64,000 bases of DNA, from contig JALMLS010000277.1 in NCBI GenBank assembly GCA_038496445.1, forward strand, positions 62,001 to 126,000, in the 5' to 3' direction. The position numbers and the translations under genes are program-made. Positions 23,101 through 37,244 of the stretch are shown piece by piece. Below the pieces are notes generated by a model. The model saw nothing but the letters and a program-made list of their open reading frames with translations. It made no database searches and was not told the origin of the DNA. Source of the stretch: Trichosphaerium sp. ATCC 40318. Taxonomy: Eukaryota > Protista > Tubulinea. Numbering within the stretch: the stretch's first letter is position 1; every line of letters starts with the position of its first letter.

Positions 23101-26100
23101 TTATTGTGGTACAAACATCTCTGCTTTTAATTGATCCAAGCTTAGTTCTGTAGCACCACCTTCAATTGTTTCACGAATAAGTTTTCTCTTCTTCTCTAAA
23201 ACTTGGAACATGAATCTCTCCACAGAAGGTTTTCCTTCCTTTGTACTTAGGAGATTGTATACATATACATCCTTTTTCTGTCCTAGACGATACAACCTAT
23301 CTTCAGCTTGAAGCATAACCGCTAAAAAGACTCATAAGTAACAACGTTTTTTTGTTATTTTGAAAAAATTACCTGGATTGTAAACAGCCTCGGCCATGAT
23401 GACATTTCTTGCGTTGAATAAATCAACACCATGAGCTGAAGTACCATATGTTGACATGAAAATACGACATTTTGGGTCTTCAACGAAAGCTTCCATAGCG
23501 AGATTTTTACCATTATGGCCGCTTGCAATCCATGATTTTCCATCTCTTTTAATCCTCTTTTCAGAAATTCTACTCCACTGAATATCTAAACCGCAAATAT
23601 AAGCACATTACCATACCAAGTACCCCTTAAATAAGATACTATTAAACCACATACCTTCAGTTTCACGAAGGTTAATGTAGCTTGAATCAAAAATGACACC
23701 ACGTCCACCATTTGTATCTGAGATTGCATAGCAAATACCATACCTCTCAAGACGTTCTTGAAGGAACAATTCCAACAGTCTCAATGTATGTTGGTTACGA
23801 AGGAAGATAACAACCTTCTCATTCTTGCATATTGGCCTGTCTTTACCATCAAACTTAACACCCTAAACATAACGTCAACACAAATTGGTTTTTTTTTGTT
23901 TTTTTGAGTTCGTACTGTAAAATCCATGTGAATGTCCAACGCTTTTTTGGATAAACTAAAAGACCAATCTTTTTCTTTAAGCGTTTTGAGTACAGTCATT
24001 ATCTTTGCTCGTAATTGTTTCTTCTTTAAAACAATATAGTTGCTAAGTACAACCTCATCTTCAATCAGAACACGTTTGCCTATAAAATATGGCATTAACA
24101 AACAAAACCAACAGAAATCTTGTATTGTAATAACATACCATCTTCAGTGTACTCTGCTAATGTTTCGAATTTACCAGCAGCTAATGAAGATAACCAAGAT
24201 TGAATACATCCTGGAGAGAGTTGAATATAACCCAATTCCAAAAGAGCCTATTTTGAAGAAAAAAGAATAAGTCATTCTGCTTTGTTTGCCTTTGGCGTAC
24301 ATTTCTTTTATCTGTATCCAATGCTTCGATAGCCTCATCACCCTTAGAAAAGTAGGATCTATGAAAGTTTGATAACAAGTTCAAGCCATGTCTATCAATT
24401 CCTTTGTTCTTCTCTTTGAGCACATCTTTCGAAACACGACATTTTGAAGGCATCAACTCATGAATTAGTTTCTCAATGTATAAAAACTTTCCACTCTCCA
24501 AAAGATCCTGGTTAACACCCTCTGGAGTTACTTGACTAAATTTCCTATTTGTTCCAATATGTGTTTGCATTGACTTGATAACATCATCGTCTAAACCAAA
24601 ACATTAAACCACGTGACATCAATTTAACAAACTAATCATAAAAAACAAACTTACGAAGTGATGAAAGATTCTCGTTAACGCTATTCCAATCTTTAGCAAC
24701 TCTTCTTACAGGTCCATTTGCATTAGTCTCTGAGAACACCCAACTCTGCCAAACTAGCATAAAACATTACAAACTCTGTCAGTATTTTCTAAAAAAGCGT
24801 ACCAAGTGGATTTGTTGTCATGGCAATACGCTTGTTCAACCAGTCATCTAGTTGATGCTTTTGATGTTGCTGAGGTTTGTTAGGATTAATATTACACTCT
24901 TTGAGAAGCTGATTGTATGCTCTATCAACATGTTTTGCGACAGTTTCTTCAACTTTTGTCATAGGCACATGAACAATAGATGAAAGTTTGTTAACAAGCA
25001 TGATACCATCCTTATGTCTACGAAGCATAATCTACAAACACAATAATAAGCCAAAAGCATTTTAATGATATTACGTACAGAGTGTAGCATCTCGAAACGC
25101 ATCTTATCAGCATTCTTAAACAAGAGTAAGCAGATTAAGTTAACATGTGGTAAAAAAATACCTGTAAAAACCAGTTGTTGAAGCAATAAGGTGTGATACG
25201 TAAAAACCTTAAAAGACCATGCAAATCGCTCGGTTTATTTTCTATTGGTGTACCAGTCAAGCACCACCTAGCGTTGTAAGATATAGCCAATTTTGAGTCA
25301 AATATAAGACGTCAACGAACCTTGACACAGCTTTAAAGTCGCGCAAAGCTCTAGCTGTTTGTGTTGATGAAGTTTTAATGACAGTTGCTTCATCAAGAAT
25401 TATACGTCTCCAGTGTACACTCAACAACTTGGATTGACCAGATTTCCATCCAATCATCAAAGACGTATACCTAGGGATCACGTGTTACCTTAAAAAAATC
25501 CCAACGAAACAAGAAAGAAACATACGTTGTGATTACTACATCGTAAGAAGCAATATCAGCGATGCTTGTCTTCTTCTTTTTAAGTATATTATAACCGCCT
25601 TTAGGCGTGTACTCTGCAGCCATTGCAGAGTGGTGAATATAGAAACTAAACTGTAATGAGTAAGGGATGTTTTGTAGTGTAAGTACCTCATTGACTTGTC
25701 AAAGTTATCAACATTAAGTAATTCTTGTACCCAAGGACTAAAAGATATTAATGAAAGGTTTCGCTCAACTACAACGTACCGATGAACATTAGCTGGTTTA
25801 ACTACTACAAGATTTGGTCCTCTGTTGATATCAGAAGCCATGAGGAGCAACATTTGCATCGTTTTACCCAATCCCTACGAAAGAATAAATAAAAGTTTAG
25901 TTGATAGGCGTTTTCTATTGTACCATGTCATCTGCTAATAATCCTCCGTTGTTTACAATTTCGCTTCGTAGTAGCCATCTCAATCCATCGCACTGCCAAG
26001 GAAGTACGACACGCTTCTTGTTTGGAGAGAAACGTAAATGTGCGTACTGTTCACGTGCTACAAGGTACTACGAAAGTAAATTAACGTGCGATAAATTGTG

Positions 26101-29100
26101 AGTTGTAGCCGTACGTTCATTGTTTCCTTCGCTGAATATGTTCCCTTTAGTGCCTTTTCTTGAATTTCAACACATTCTCTTCTATCCATTGATACTTCAC
26201 GACGAGATAATGGAGCAGTATCGATAATTAAACCTTCAGTATGAAGCTTACTATCTTCCAATACTTTCAGTTTTTGAAGCTTTGTAGAGATGTGTACAAG
26301 GAGATCACTGAGTCTACTCAACGTATTCCTAGGTACATTTCTTTGTATAATCCATTGATTAAGTCCTTGGTTTCCAGCTCTAGCAATATCACATCCTTGG
26401 AATATAAGCAGCATGACCATCTTGGCATCCCTGTCAAAGTCGCCTATAATTATTTGTTACGTTGATACTAGATTACACAACAAACGTACTAGGAACATCC
26501 ATATCAGTAGTAGCTCCACGCATACGTTTAGGAAATGTAATGACCAAATTATGGTTATCAATAGCATCGCGTATGAGTTGTACAACACGTGTTACAGCAG
26601 AAACAATAACTAAGAAAGAACTGAGAAATAACCTCAAAAAAAGTACCGTGAGCTTACCATGATGAGCATCTTTCCTTTGTTTCCACATCTCAGTAAAACC
26701 GCTTGATACTGCTTGTAGAGGTGATACTATTGTCTCACCAACCAGATCTAACAACATTAAGCACCGTGGAAATAATTGTACACGTGCCTTTTAGCATGAA
26801 TCCGACCATTGTAGCAACATTACCAACAGAGATATTCTCATTAATATGCCACTCTTTGTTTTTGATATCCAATACATTATGTTTTACCAAGATTTGCATT
26901 ATCTTATGAACCTCATCTTCTTGAACAATCTCACCTCTTAAATACTCAACAACAACTAATCTAGATCCCTAAACCAAATGTTAATATCCAGATAGTACAA
27001 ACGACACGTGCCTTGAGCATGACATCAAACAAAGTAGACATTAAAGATTTTGCAACAGCAAATAAAGTCCACGTGTAATCACAAGCATTACGTGCAGTAA
27101 ATGCAATATGCTTCAGCGATTTGATAGTGAACACTGATTGAGTCTTCCAAACCTTGCTATTCTTATGATAATGCAAGAACTCAATATCTTTTCTTTCAGG
27201 TTTGCTCTTTAACAAAGTAATCAGTCGATGAAGAAAAAAAAAACAAATATTTGTTTGATCGTACTTGTTTCCCTGTTGGATTCTCAATGCTGACTGTTTT
27301 AAGTTTTTTCGTTGATATAATACGAGCCTTCCTTGTGAAACCAAACAAAGTTTTTACAGAGCTATCTGATATTGAGTAAATCGCTGTAAAAGACAACTGA
27401 GCTTTTGTTTTAGTATTTGTAATTGTCCACTCTAGAAGTTTTGTTAGAATAACCTCATATTGAGCTACGTACTCTTTTCATCAAACCGCACAACTTTAAA
27501 CTCTTGAGGTCCCATAAACAAACCCAAAGAAGGGTGCCAGTTCGGACAGTATGTGATAACCTTTCCGTTACTATTTGGTTGCTTCAATTTATCATAAGCA
27601 AAAATGATCTTCTCTAGATCTGCAGATACATCCCCTTGATCAAATACCTCCTCTGTTTTAAAACACGTAAGTAATACAATATCTTGATTATAAAGTACCA
27701 AGTCCATAAAGCTCTACAAGATCTGCCTCTTGTACATCTTGAATTTTTCTCAAAATATTATTTGGCACTTTCACGTGCGGCGTCTTTTCTCCGCCAACGC
27801 GAGTTATTATGTAATCTACAAAATCAATAAATACACTAATAGTATCGCATATATTCATACCTTTGTGTATGTTACGATAAACGTAATACTGGACTCTTGT
27901 TTTCCCCTTTTTAATATCAATGACTTCAGTGCCGTCTAGATAATGTCCTGATATATTTTGAACATGTTTTGCCCAGCTCACATCACCATCACTCCACCCA
28001 TTCAAAGTCGTAACAGATTTATCAAATCTTTGTCCCACTATAACAAAATATAAGTTTAAACATCCAAAAGGTTATCCAAGTAAACACGTGGACGTACGTT
28101 CTTTGTTTTTAGGCTTTAATACTTTCTTCGATTTTTTGTCAAAGTATTTTTCGATGCAAGTCATAATATACTTTGCAGAAGCGCGATTCACTTCAGCCTC
28201 CGCTAAAGTATTAAATAAAGATTCACGGTCTTCGCTATGAGGTTTAGGGCGATGTTGATTAGGCCACATCTTCTTAATGGCCGTCTTTCTATTAACGTTG
28301 CTTCTAAAATCCCAAATCAAAGATTGAAGCACCGTTATTGGAGTTTTGTTCTTTTCAGACACCGTTGCCTTTACAAGTTCATTGAATAATTCTTGACTAT
28401 CCTCAAGAACTTCATCAAGGATACTACCGTAAATATGAAAGTCAACCGAACTTAGAACCCAATCATTAACTGAAAACGGTTGCTTCAAAATATTCTTATA
28501 CTCCTCATCACTAATAGTATGATTTTTACCATCCTGCGCCCACATATCCATTATGGCGGCGTAGTCAGGCATCTTTGATTTTTGTGAATGCAAAAATCGT
28601 TGTTGAAAGCAAACAGCCCATTTTTGCATAAACATTTTATCACCACGTGTACCATGAAGCTATAATTTGTTAGGTAATCTTTTTTTCGGAATATTTTAAG
28701 AAAGCTGTAAATGACGCACTTGTACTCTCATTTGTATTGCAGCGAGTAATCCAATCTCCCAACCTTGTTTTCTAGCATCAAGAGTTTGTATGGAAGACAA
28801 CGTCAACATCTCATTCTTAATTTTATGTGGAATATATTCACGTAAATCAGAAGCTGCCATTTCATAGATACTTTTCAAAATAAACCTAAAAAAGAACAAT
28901 TAAAAACGAAGCTCTGTGTACAATTTTATGTCTTTTTACGCACTCTATATGTTCTCCATGTGGGAACCAATCTGGTGCGCAATGTAATTCAACCATTGTG
29001 AGCCACCCAAGAGCAGGGTAGCTGGGATGAACAAAACCATCTTCCAAATTAATAATCTAAATTAGAATTGTATACTTAGCATTATTACTCCATTATAATA

Positions 29101-31134
29101 TTTTCTTACCATGATACGATGAAGTAAGTCACGTAACCCAAAAGAATAAGCTTTCTTTGAAAAATTGAAAGTGTGTCTTATGTTAATAAGGCGATTAGCT
29201 GTGCGCAAAGCTTCTTTTCCGTTCTTCAATCTGAAACGAAAAATAAAATTAGAAATATATTCATAACTGAACGTGCTGCTTAGGAAATTACCTTATATGT
29301 TTCTGCAGTAAACTCTTTAATTGTCCAATAGTCTAAGGTAATACGTTACGAAAAACCTTGATAAAGATAAAACGTACTGGTCCTAGAAAGTTTTGTGGTG
29401 TCCATTTTTTTGAATTTTCAGGCTCTATGTTTCAAAAAGTTAGACACATTTTAAACCATATCTACAAGTAGTACTCAAGTTAGTGCTAAAAAGTATCTTC
29501 TTGCCAACAAAACAATCGATAACAGCCTCAAATCCATTCTTACCTGTACACCAAATAAGCTTAACGAACGAGAAATAGTCTTATAAATAAATAAAAAAAA
29601 AGAAAGCATACCAAAAGTTGGTGGCCACGACCCTTTGTGTGTTTTTGGTGTCACCCATTTTACAGTAAATTTATCTTTACTATTACTCTTGTCATTAAAA
29701 ATAAGTTGAAATACGGCATCTGGCTTAGTATGTTCGGATAGATGATAATAATTAGGTGAGTATAACTTCTTGTTCTAAATTAAAGTCAAATCAATCTCAC
29801 GTGGTTATTTTCTTTTTTTGAGTTCAGACATTAGTCAAGACGTACAACAGTATCAAGCTTTACGAGATTATGATAGTTCAAGAAAAATGTAGGAGGTGCA
29901 TTACTAGCTAATCGTTCACTCTGACTCAAAATAGCTTCTTTGACATCATCAAAATTAATTCCTTTCGAAGGATCTTTACAATCGTTCCAAGCTTGTTCGA
30001 ACGCCTATACCAAACCATTAGAAATAACAATATAGTACACAATAAAACCAAAATAACCGTCAAGTACCCAAGCACGATTGCCCGAACCACTCTCTATAAC
30101 AGCGAACTGAATATCAACAAAACACTTATGTCTATTTGATGAAATAATTTGCCAATACTTATGTACTTCCGAACTACACAAAACAAACGTCAGTTCAAGT
30201 GGTACCATCAAGACAATAAAACCAAATACAAACATACGTTTTTTTCTTCAAGTTTGCAATTACTTTCTTGTACTTCTTAGTCGCAGGACCAAGTTCATCT
30301 TTAAACTCCCCAAACCGACTACAATAAGCAACACAAATTGCAGTTTCATCAATCCCAGCATCACTTAGGAAACTCAAATCTTCGCTCGCTAAGCGGTGTT
30401 AAACACGTGAACGGTATGACTTTGTTCCAAACTTACAAAGTTGTAGTGCTACTTCAAGTTTTGTAGTGAAAGTTTTTCCATGTCGTGATAGTGGTTCAGA
30501 TAAATCATTCTCAGAATTTGAATTATCCCAAGTGCCATCATTTTGTCTTTACAGATATCTTAGTAAAAACCAGCCACAACTATTTATTAAATGTACCTCA
30601 ATGCCCACACTTTGTTGTAGTTCGGTAAAGGCAATATGTATTTCTCCAGGACTTAAACAAAGTCAGAGAAAAAGTTTTCAAAAAAATAAAATAAAAAGTC
30701 GATTAATACTTAATTTTGACATACCGGTGTCTCCATCACTTGTACGCCTATTAAACCCAATAACCTTTATCATAAGCTCATGATTGGCACTTGAAGTGCC
30801 ACATAAAACGTCACCAACCTCACATCCAGAATCAAACACGCGACCGTGGTTTATGATTTTTTTTGCGCTTTTAAAACAGTAAACAAAGCGTATTTGCAAA
30901 GATAATTCAAAATTAAGAAAGTAAGATGAAATTTGCCTCATAATCGATTATAATAACGTAAGCGTTTATAAACAAGCGTAAGGAAGCGTATATAGGAAGT
31001 ACGCACGTTTTAGTTGCTTTTGTTGTTTTTTCAGAATCTTCACGCTTTCTCTTCAATTTATTGTTCTTTGGCTCTTTTTTGGCCCGCTTAGACCCTGATG
31101 CGCTACTATTGGTAGAACTTCGTTTACGCTTCAT
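23101..31134 (-). CDS. Large SNF2-family helicase/ATPase (Rad5/Rad16/TTF2-like motor) with a long N-terminal extension containing an MgsA-C-like domain; many exons
   Basis: Motor motifs: [89 protein letters not shown]-terminus is basic and NLS-like (MKRKRSS...). The exon junctions I traced join in frame. Confidence 0.85.
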
Positions 31135-31680
31135 TTATACTATAGTCAAACTACCAGTGTTGCACTGGTTGTGTTGTCTATAAAATATGATGTACGCTGA
31201 AGCGTTTTTAAAAATCGTGAACTTTTCCGCTCTTCCTTAACCACTCCAAGTGTCAAACATGTAAATGCCTGATACTACGCCTTCAAAAAGCATAAAAAAC
31301 ACATTTAAAATTACAAATACTGGAGTAACCACTTACATCAAAATTGAAAAGTTGCAGACTTGTATTAAGCAACAAAACAATCAGATTTGTCGATAACTTT
31401 TCTTACAGTTCAACTAACCACGTGAAATGCATATGAACATTTAATAGCTCACCGAGTCTACGCAAGCTAATGTGAAACAAGGCTCAATAAACAGACCAAC
31501 ACTGATTATCCATAGTATGAGTTAACCCTTTGCTCACCACCTGCAACAATACTACCCTAATGAGTAACTACATAGGCACTGTAGCGGCAGCGCGTATTAT
31601 TTGTCTTTACTAGCAGAGATAGGTTTTTATAGTGGTACATTACCGTTTCTAAATTCAATGAAAGTAAGAACCTTTTTCAA

Positions 31681-33029
31681 ATGTCAGGCTACAGCCCAAC
31701 AACAGCACCACGCTATTATTTTCAAAACCTTCCTAATGAACTAATAGAGCATTTATTTCTTCTTGTAGACCTTCGTAGTGCTATTTCGGCTGTTTGTAGC
31801 TGTAAATACTTAAAACGCCTCAACGAAAACAATCATCTATGGAGGGCTCTATTAATGCGTGAATACGAATTTTTGGGAGGAACAAGAGTTAAAAACGCAA
31901 CATGGCATCAAAAAGCGATTTGCGCTAACGCTTTGAGGGTACCATCAACGTTTTTATACTGAGACATACTTACGTTGTTCATAAAGCCAAGGTTTGAACT
32001 GCTACCAAAACAACAAAGAGAATTAGAACACTTTCGCTCGGTACAAAAGTAGGTTTCTTCTTGCACTGATGATTTACCTCATAGCGACGAGATCCTAAGT
32101 CGCGCTACTGTTATGAAATAATCAGTGGCCTTAATCTCACTCACACTGATCGCACAGCTTGTTCTGATACAGCTTGTGAATCCGAAATAGTTGAGCTATT
32201 AGATGCATTTGCATATGAGAAGAGGGAAAAGGATGGTATTATCGTTACTGGCTCACCTGGTAGCGGTAGAATGTTTATTGCAAAACTCCTTGCAAGTATG
32301 CTTGATGCAGATTTTCTTTATTTCAAGGTACCACGTGATTATCACGTGCACAACTTTAAAATATCAGTTTTTTAAACTAAACCTAATGTAGTCCTTTGAG
32401 TTTATTCATGGTGTTCCAGGTGCATTGGAGGCGCTCTTCCAAAGACTATCACTACCAGTTGTTGTGTATTTCGATGCAGGGCTAATTTATAAGAATGGTA
32501 CATGCTATTACTTGCTTTGTTTTAACACTTCTTTTAGGGTATCCAACTAGAGACTTTACACCAGTCATGAAGGTGTTAAAGGAACATCAAGACCTTTCAT
32601 CAGACTTCATTGTTGTTATAGGCTACACCAATGAATCTAGTACAGAATCATTTGAGGATGTACTCAATAATTATGCTAATGTAAAGTTGCCTTCTACAGT
32701 ACAATCACAAATAATGATGGTAAGAAACAATCAGTCATTGTAATGCCACAACTAACACGTTTTTTAAGAAGTACTTACCCAAAACTGCAGATAGTGATAT
32801 GGTGTTTGAACAACCCTTGTCACCTACACGTGCCGTTTCTGTATGTAGTATGACTATAATATCTGCGTTCAAGGCTGCATTTTTGCATAAGCTCACTGCT
32901 AAAGTAAAGGGAGATATTGTACATCCTTCCTTTTATTCAATATCAAGGTATAATCTAGTATGGCGAACTTGAGTGATCTTTGTAACGTTTTTATGAAGCC
33001 CAATACGATGTAGTAGTATTAACGAATAA
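31681..33029 (+). CDS. F-box protein fused to a degenerate AAA+ ATPase-like domain; multi-exon
   Basis: F-box: FQNLPNELIEHLFLLVDLRSAISAVCSCKYLKRL...LWR. Then DGIIVTGSPGSGRMFIAKLLASMLDADF (Walker A-like), LPVVVYFDA (Walker B-like) and FIVVIGYTN (sensor-1-like). Confidence 0.75.
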
Positions 33030-33683
33030 ACAAACACTTCTACAAATCGTACAACTTATAAACAAACAATACTCAAGGGTTGGCCCTGGAATAAGAACTT
33101 ATTGCTCCCATTGCTACATGGAGTACTAGAGGCATGATATTGAAATACACTGTAAAAAGGTTGCAAGTATGTTGGCTCGTACATTGCAAAAAAAGTGAAG
33201 TTGTCTTTTTTTTTTGAGTTTGCCACAAAAGCGCTCGAGACATAGGCAACAACTGATTATGACCTGTGCGTTAACAGTTGCAGCCAATAATCTTGGCCAC
33301 AACTCGGGAAAAAACCTTGCCACCCATTTTAAGGCGACTTGAACGAACACCTCCAGGCCACTCGCCTATCGTTTAAAAATACAACCAAGCAACGCCAACT
33401 TGCAGCGAATTTGTTCTCAACGTTCGTCCGACTTGTTTAAAAGGGCTAGTTTCCTTGAACAGTTGCTATTTAACAAGTACGGACACTCACAACAGCGTAA
33501 TAGCGCTTTGGCTAAATGGCGAGCATAGTTAAATGGCTATAACGCGTACTAATTTTACGAAATAATGTTGAATCTACAGGACTTAACAGAAAACTCACAA
33601 TTATTTCACAATTTCTTTCAAACACGAAAGGATAACATCAAGTCTAAATCAACTACAACTCATCTAAAAAAAGTCGTTCAACA

Positions 33684-34900
33684 ATGTTAGAAGGGAAAGT
33701 TATTCTGGTACGACCACGAGCAACAAAAAACCATCAACAAATGTGCTGTTACTTAAACTCGACTTGAGGTTACTGGAGCAACATCTGGGATTGGCAAAGG
33801 GACAGCTATCGCTTTAGCGAAACAAGGTTTACTTCAAACAAACCACACGTTATCGTTAAGCTCTGTTTAACCCTATTCCGTCATGTGTAGGTGCCAAGGT
33901 GTCCATGTGCGGTAGACGAAAGGAGCGCGGTGACATTGTTCTTGAAGAAATCAAAAAGGCCGGAGGTGAAGCTATTTTCACTATCTGTGACGTCACTAAG
34001 TCAACAGGTATGAGTACTTGTAACGAGTGCACAATTTAAGCCTTTTTTGTAGATATTGAAAACGTGGTAAACGTGACAGTAGCCAAATACGGTCGACTTG
34101 ACGGAGCTGTACAAACCAAGAGCTCCCAAGAGTGTAGTGCTAACTTACCTTTTAGTTCAACAATGCTGGTGTAGGGCAAGGAAAAACTATTTTGGAAATG
34201 ACCGAAGAAAATATTGACGCACGTTTTCTTTTTTTTTCTCACTTTTTATTTTAATTGAATTTATCAGCTAATACACTATCATAGTATATTTTCAATGTCA
34301 ATTTCAAAGGACTAGCTATGTGTATGAAGTACGAGGCGCTTCAAATGAAGAGCCAGAATCCACAGGGAGGTACTATTGTGAACAACAGCTCGTGCACATC
34401 AACAATGGTACTTTTTTTCATAATTTTGAGAATTTGTCCGAACATTTGCCCGCTTAACACTCTCCATAGCCGTACTGCATGGGATCGATGTATGCAGCTA
34501 GTAAAGCAGCTGTAGATAGCTTAACGAGGGTATCCGAATACTTGAAAATACAACTTCTTACCTCCAAATAACCTAATTTTGTCGCTTAAAATAGACGGGT
34601 GCAAAAGAGCTAGGACAGTTTGGTATCAACGTTAATTGCATTCGTCCAGGGCCTGTAGAAACTGAGATGGTATTTGGAGAGTTTCTCGAAATGTTAAGGT
34701 ACGTTAATTGCGCAACAAAGTCAAAAAGTTCTTCTTGTTTTTTACTTATTACATCCCTTTATTGTAGAAACCAGACGTTCTTAAAGAAAGTCGGCAACGT
34801 TGAACAAGTAGCAGGGCTAGTTTGTTACCTCATGTCCGACAACGGTAAATTCTGCAATGGTTCAAGCTTAAATGTTGATGGCGGTATGCAATACTTCTAA
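33684..34900 (+). CDS. Classical short-chain dehydrogenase/reductase; multi-exon
   Basis: MLEGKVILVTGATSGIG, GRLDGAFNNAG, IVNNSS, YAASKAA, VNCIRPGPVET, GSSLNVDGG. Confidence 0.93.
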
Positions 34901-35235
34901 GCCATTTAGCTTTGCAGCACTTGTAAGCACTCAACACAATCTACTTCCCAATAAAGCACTTTCATTTACAATAAATAAGCCTTAGTTTACAAAAGTTTGT
35001 GACTGTTCATACACGTGATTTCTAGTTATACCTTCAAACTCGTAGTTTACCGCTCTTGATTGCTGTTGCGTACCACTTTGCCATAATATCTACGTAAAAT
35101 TAGCTGTAGTCCCTTGTGATCGATTGTAAACTCACTTTTTTAAGGTGTAGTTGTCACTACAGCGAGAAAGTACGGTCAAGCGAGGTATTGGAGACATTGA
35201 GAACCTGAGAACGAGTGTAATACACCAGATTAGCT

Positions 35236-36027
35236 ATGAATTGGATTGGCTGGCAGCCATGGCTCCCAAATGGCTATTCAAGCGACGATGAGCACCGCTA
35301 TGAGCATAAACCTACACGAGAGAAGCTTGTACGCGTCATTAAGCATTATTAGCACCTTCTAAGCCTATGCTGCTGTAAACGACATGTTTTATGTCTAAGT
35401 TACGTATTAGAAGACTTTTACGCCTGGAAAGGCGTTTCCTAAGGAATGTGGTGTTTGTTCAATTCATGCATTTTCTCCGGAAGAGATGTACAATACTATG
35501 CTAGACGCTACACAAGTTAATGACTGGTGGCCTACATGGCTTCAATACACTGTTGATCATATCACGCCAAATGGTAATCAAAACAGGTTAAAATATCGCT
35601 AAAAAGGTTATTTAGGCGTAGGAAGTGCTGTATCTGTAAATACTCCAGCAGGTAAAACATACCAAACTGAAAAAAAACATGTTTTCACTATTTCTTGTCT
35701 CTTAGGTCCTATGGCTATGACGATTATAGATGCATCTGCACAACCACGTACAATCGTTACACGATTTACTGAAGGTATTATTAAGGGTGACGTTGAGTGG
35801 ACTTTTGATAAACGACAAGATGGTACAAAAAAATTAACTTGTTGAAACCTGCTTAATTGTACTTAGGTGGTACTACAATGTGCTATTGGCTTGATTTATA
35901 CCCAGCAAACTGGGCTATGCACGTTTTCGTGCCATTTTTTGGTAGAATGTTTTTCTCTAAATGCTTCACGAGTCTTTCTCAGCACTTGGATGTGTACCTA
36001 AAAACAAAAGAGAACCACAACGATTGA
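35236..36027 (+). CDS. SRPBCC/START (polyketide cyclase-like) fold protein; multi-exon
   Basis: FSPEEMYNTMLDATQVNDWWP...GVGSAVSV...RFTEGIIKGDVEWTFDKRQDGGTTMCYWLD, then a C-terminal helix. Confidence 0.7.
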
Positions 36028-36265
36028 AATACAAAATGCTCAAACAAAAAAAGCCGTTAATCAAAAAAAATCTTCACAAAACAACGCCAGAATGCGTTAA
36101 TTTATACAATATCGCACAGGTAATAATGCTATCTATGTAGCTTGCTTATAATAACGAAGAAATAAATGAAATAAGTCAAAAAAAAAAAAAAACGAGATTC
36201 GCGAGCGTAAACCAAACCGGTGTTTATTAAAAAACTGTTCTAATCAAAGTACTGATAAAATATAT

Positions 36266-36949
36266 TTAACTAGAGTGATCGGCAGCTTCATACTTGGCGA
36301 GTGTTACGAGTGCTTCGGCCCTAAAAGAAAGAAAAAAATAAACAAAAAAAAATATCGAAAAAAAAAAAAAAACACAAGCTTGCGGTTACAAAAACCCCTT
36401 CAAACACACGCGGTTTTATGACGTACCATTGGCAGTATTTCCAGTTAGCCAATTTTTCAACTGTAGTGATTTTTAAATCTGTTAAAACGGAGTCTGTCCA
36501 ATCGGCGAGACCTTGGAGTACGGATGGCGGAGCAGCCAAAACTTCCTTCAAGCTCTTGGTTTCCCACTCTTTGTCTAGCGCCTTGTTCAAATTGGACTCA
36601 CCTGCAGCGTCGCGTTTTCCGGTTTCCTCAATTGCGGCGAGGGTAGCAATAGCGCGGGCCATCTAGGGAAATACGTATAAGTTCAGAACCCGAGATATGA
36701 AGGAAGTACGTGGTAATATTTCCATGCAGCAAGCTTTTCGATTGTAGTTATCTTAAAGGCTTCGAGCATAGGGTTGACGTGATCTGCGAGACCTTGGAGG
36801 GCAGAAGGAGGAAGTTGAATAATTTCTGTAAAACTTTTCGTTTCATGCTCCTTCATAACAGCATCATTGAAGTTGAAGGTGTAAGCAGGTTTGGTCTTTT
36901 GCTTTTTTTTTGCTTCGCCTTCTAATTCGTCGCCAGCGCGTTTAGACAT
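36266..36949 (-). CDS. Small protein made of two tandem ~70 aa helical (HhH-like) repeats; three exons
   Basis: Repeat 1: NDAVMKEHETKSFTEIIQLPPSALQGLADH...FKITTIEKLAAWKYYHMARAIATLA. Repeat 2: NKALDKEWETKSLKEVLAAPPSVLQGLADW...LKITTVEKLANWKYCQWAEALVTLA. Confidence 0.85.
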
Positions 36950-37244
36950 GTTTTAAGAGTTATTGCGAACGTGTAAATGCTTGGAAGATGCTGTGACTTT
37001 AAGTAAGCTCTAAGTGTTGCAGAATTTGAGGTTCAAAAACTACATGGCGCCATATTTTTTCGCGCGTTCTTTAAACCATTCACAACTTACTTCACCTCAA
37101 CAGACACTTTTATTCACGTAACACTTCACGTTTTAACAAAAGACGAAAAAAAAGACCACGTGAGTGCACGCAACGAAAGACTTACGTTGACATTACGCTA
37201 TAACTAATGTGCGTCCTGTTTTTTTGAGCTTTGTGTATGCTCAA

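Noticed and set aside
26748-27011. Unusually high rate of GC-AG introns (donors at 26787, 27011, about 50445)
   Set aside because: Each has an in-frame GT donor 6 nt downstream, so only the AGXT case is required. This cannot be claimed without RNA-seq.
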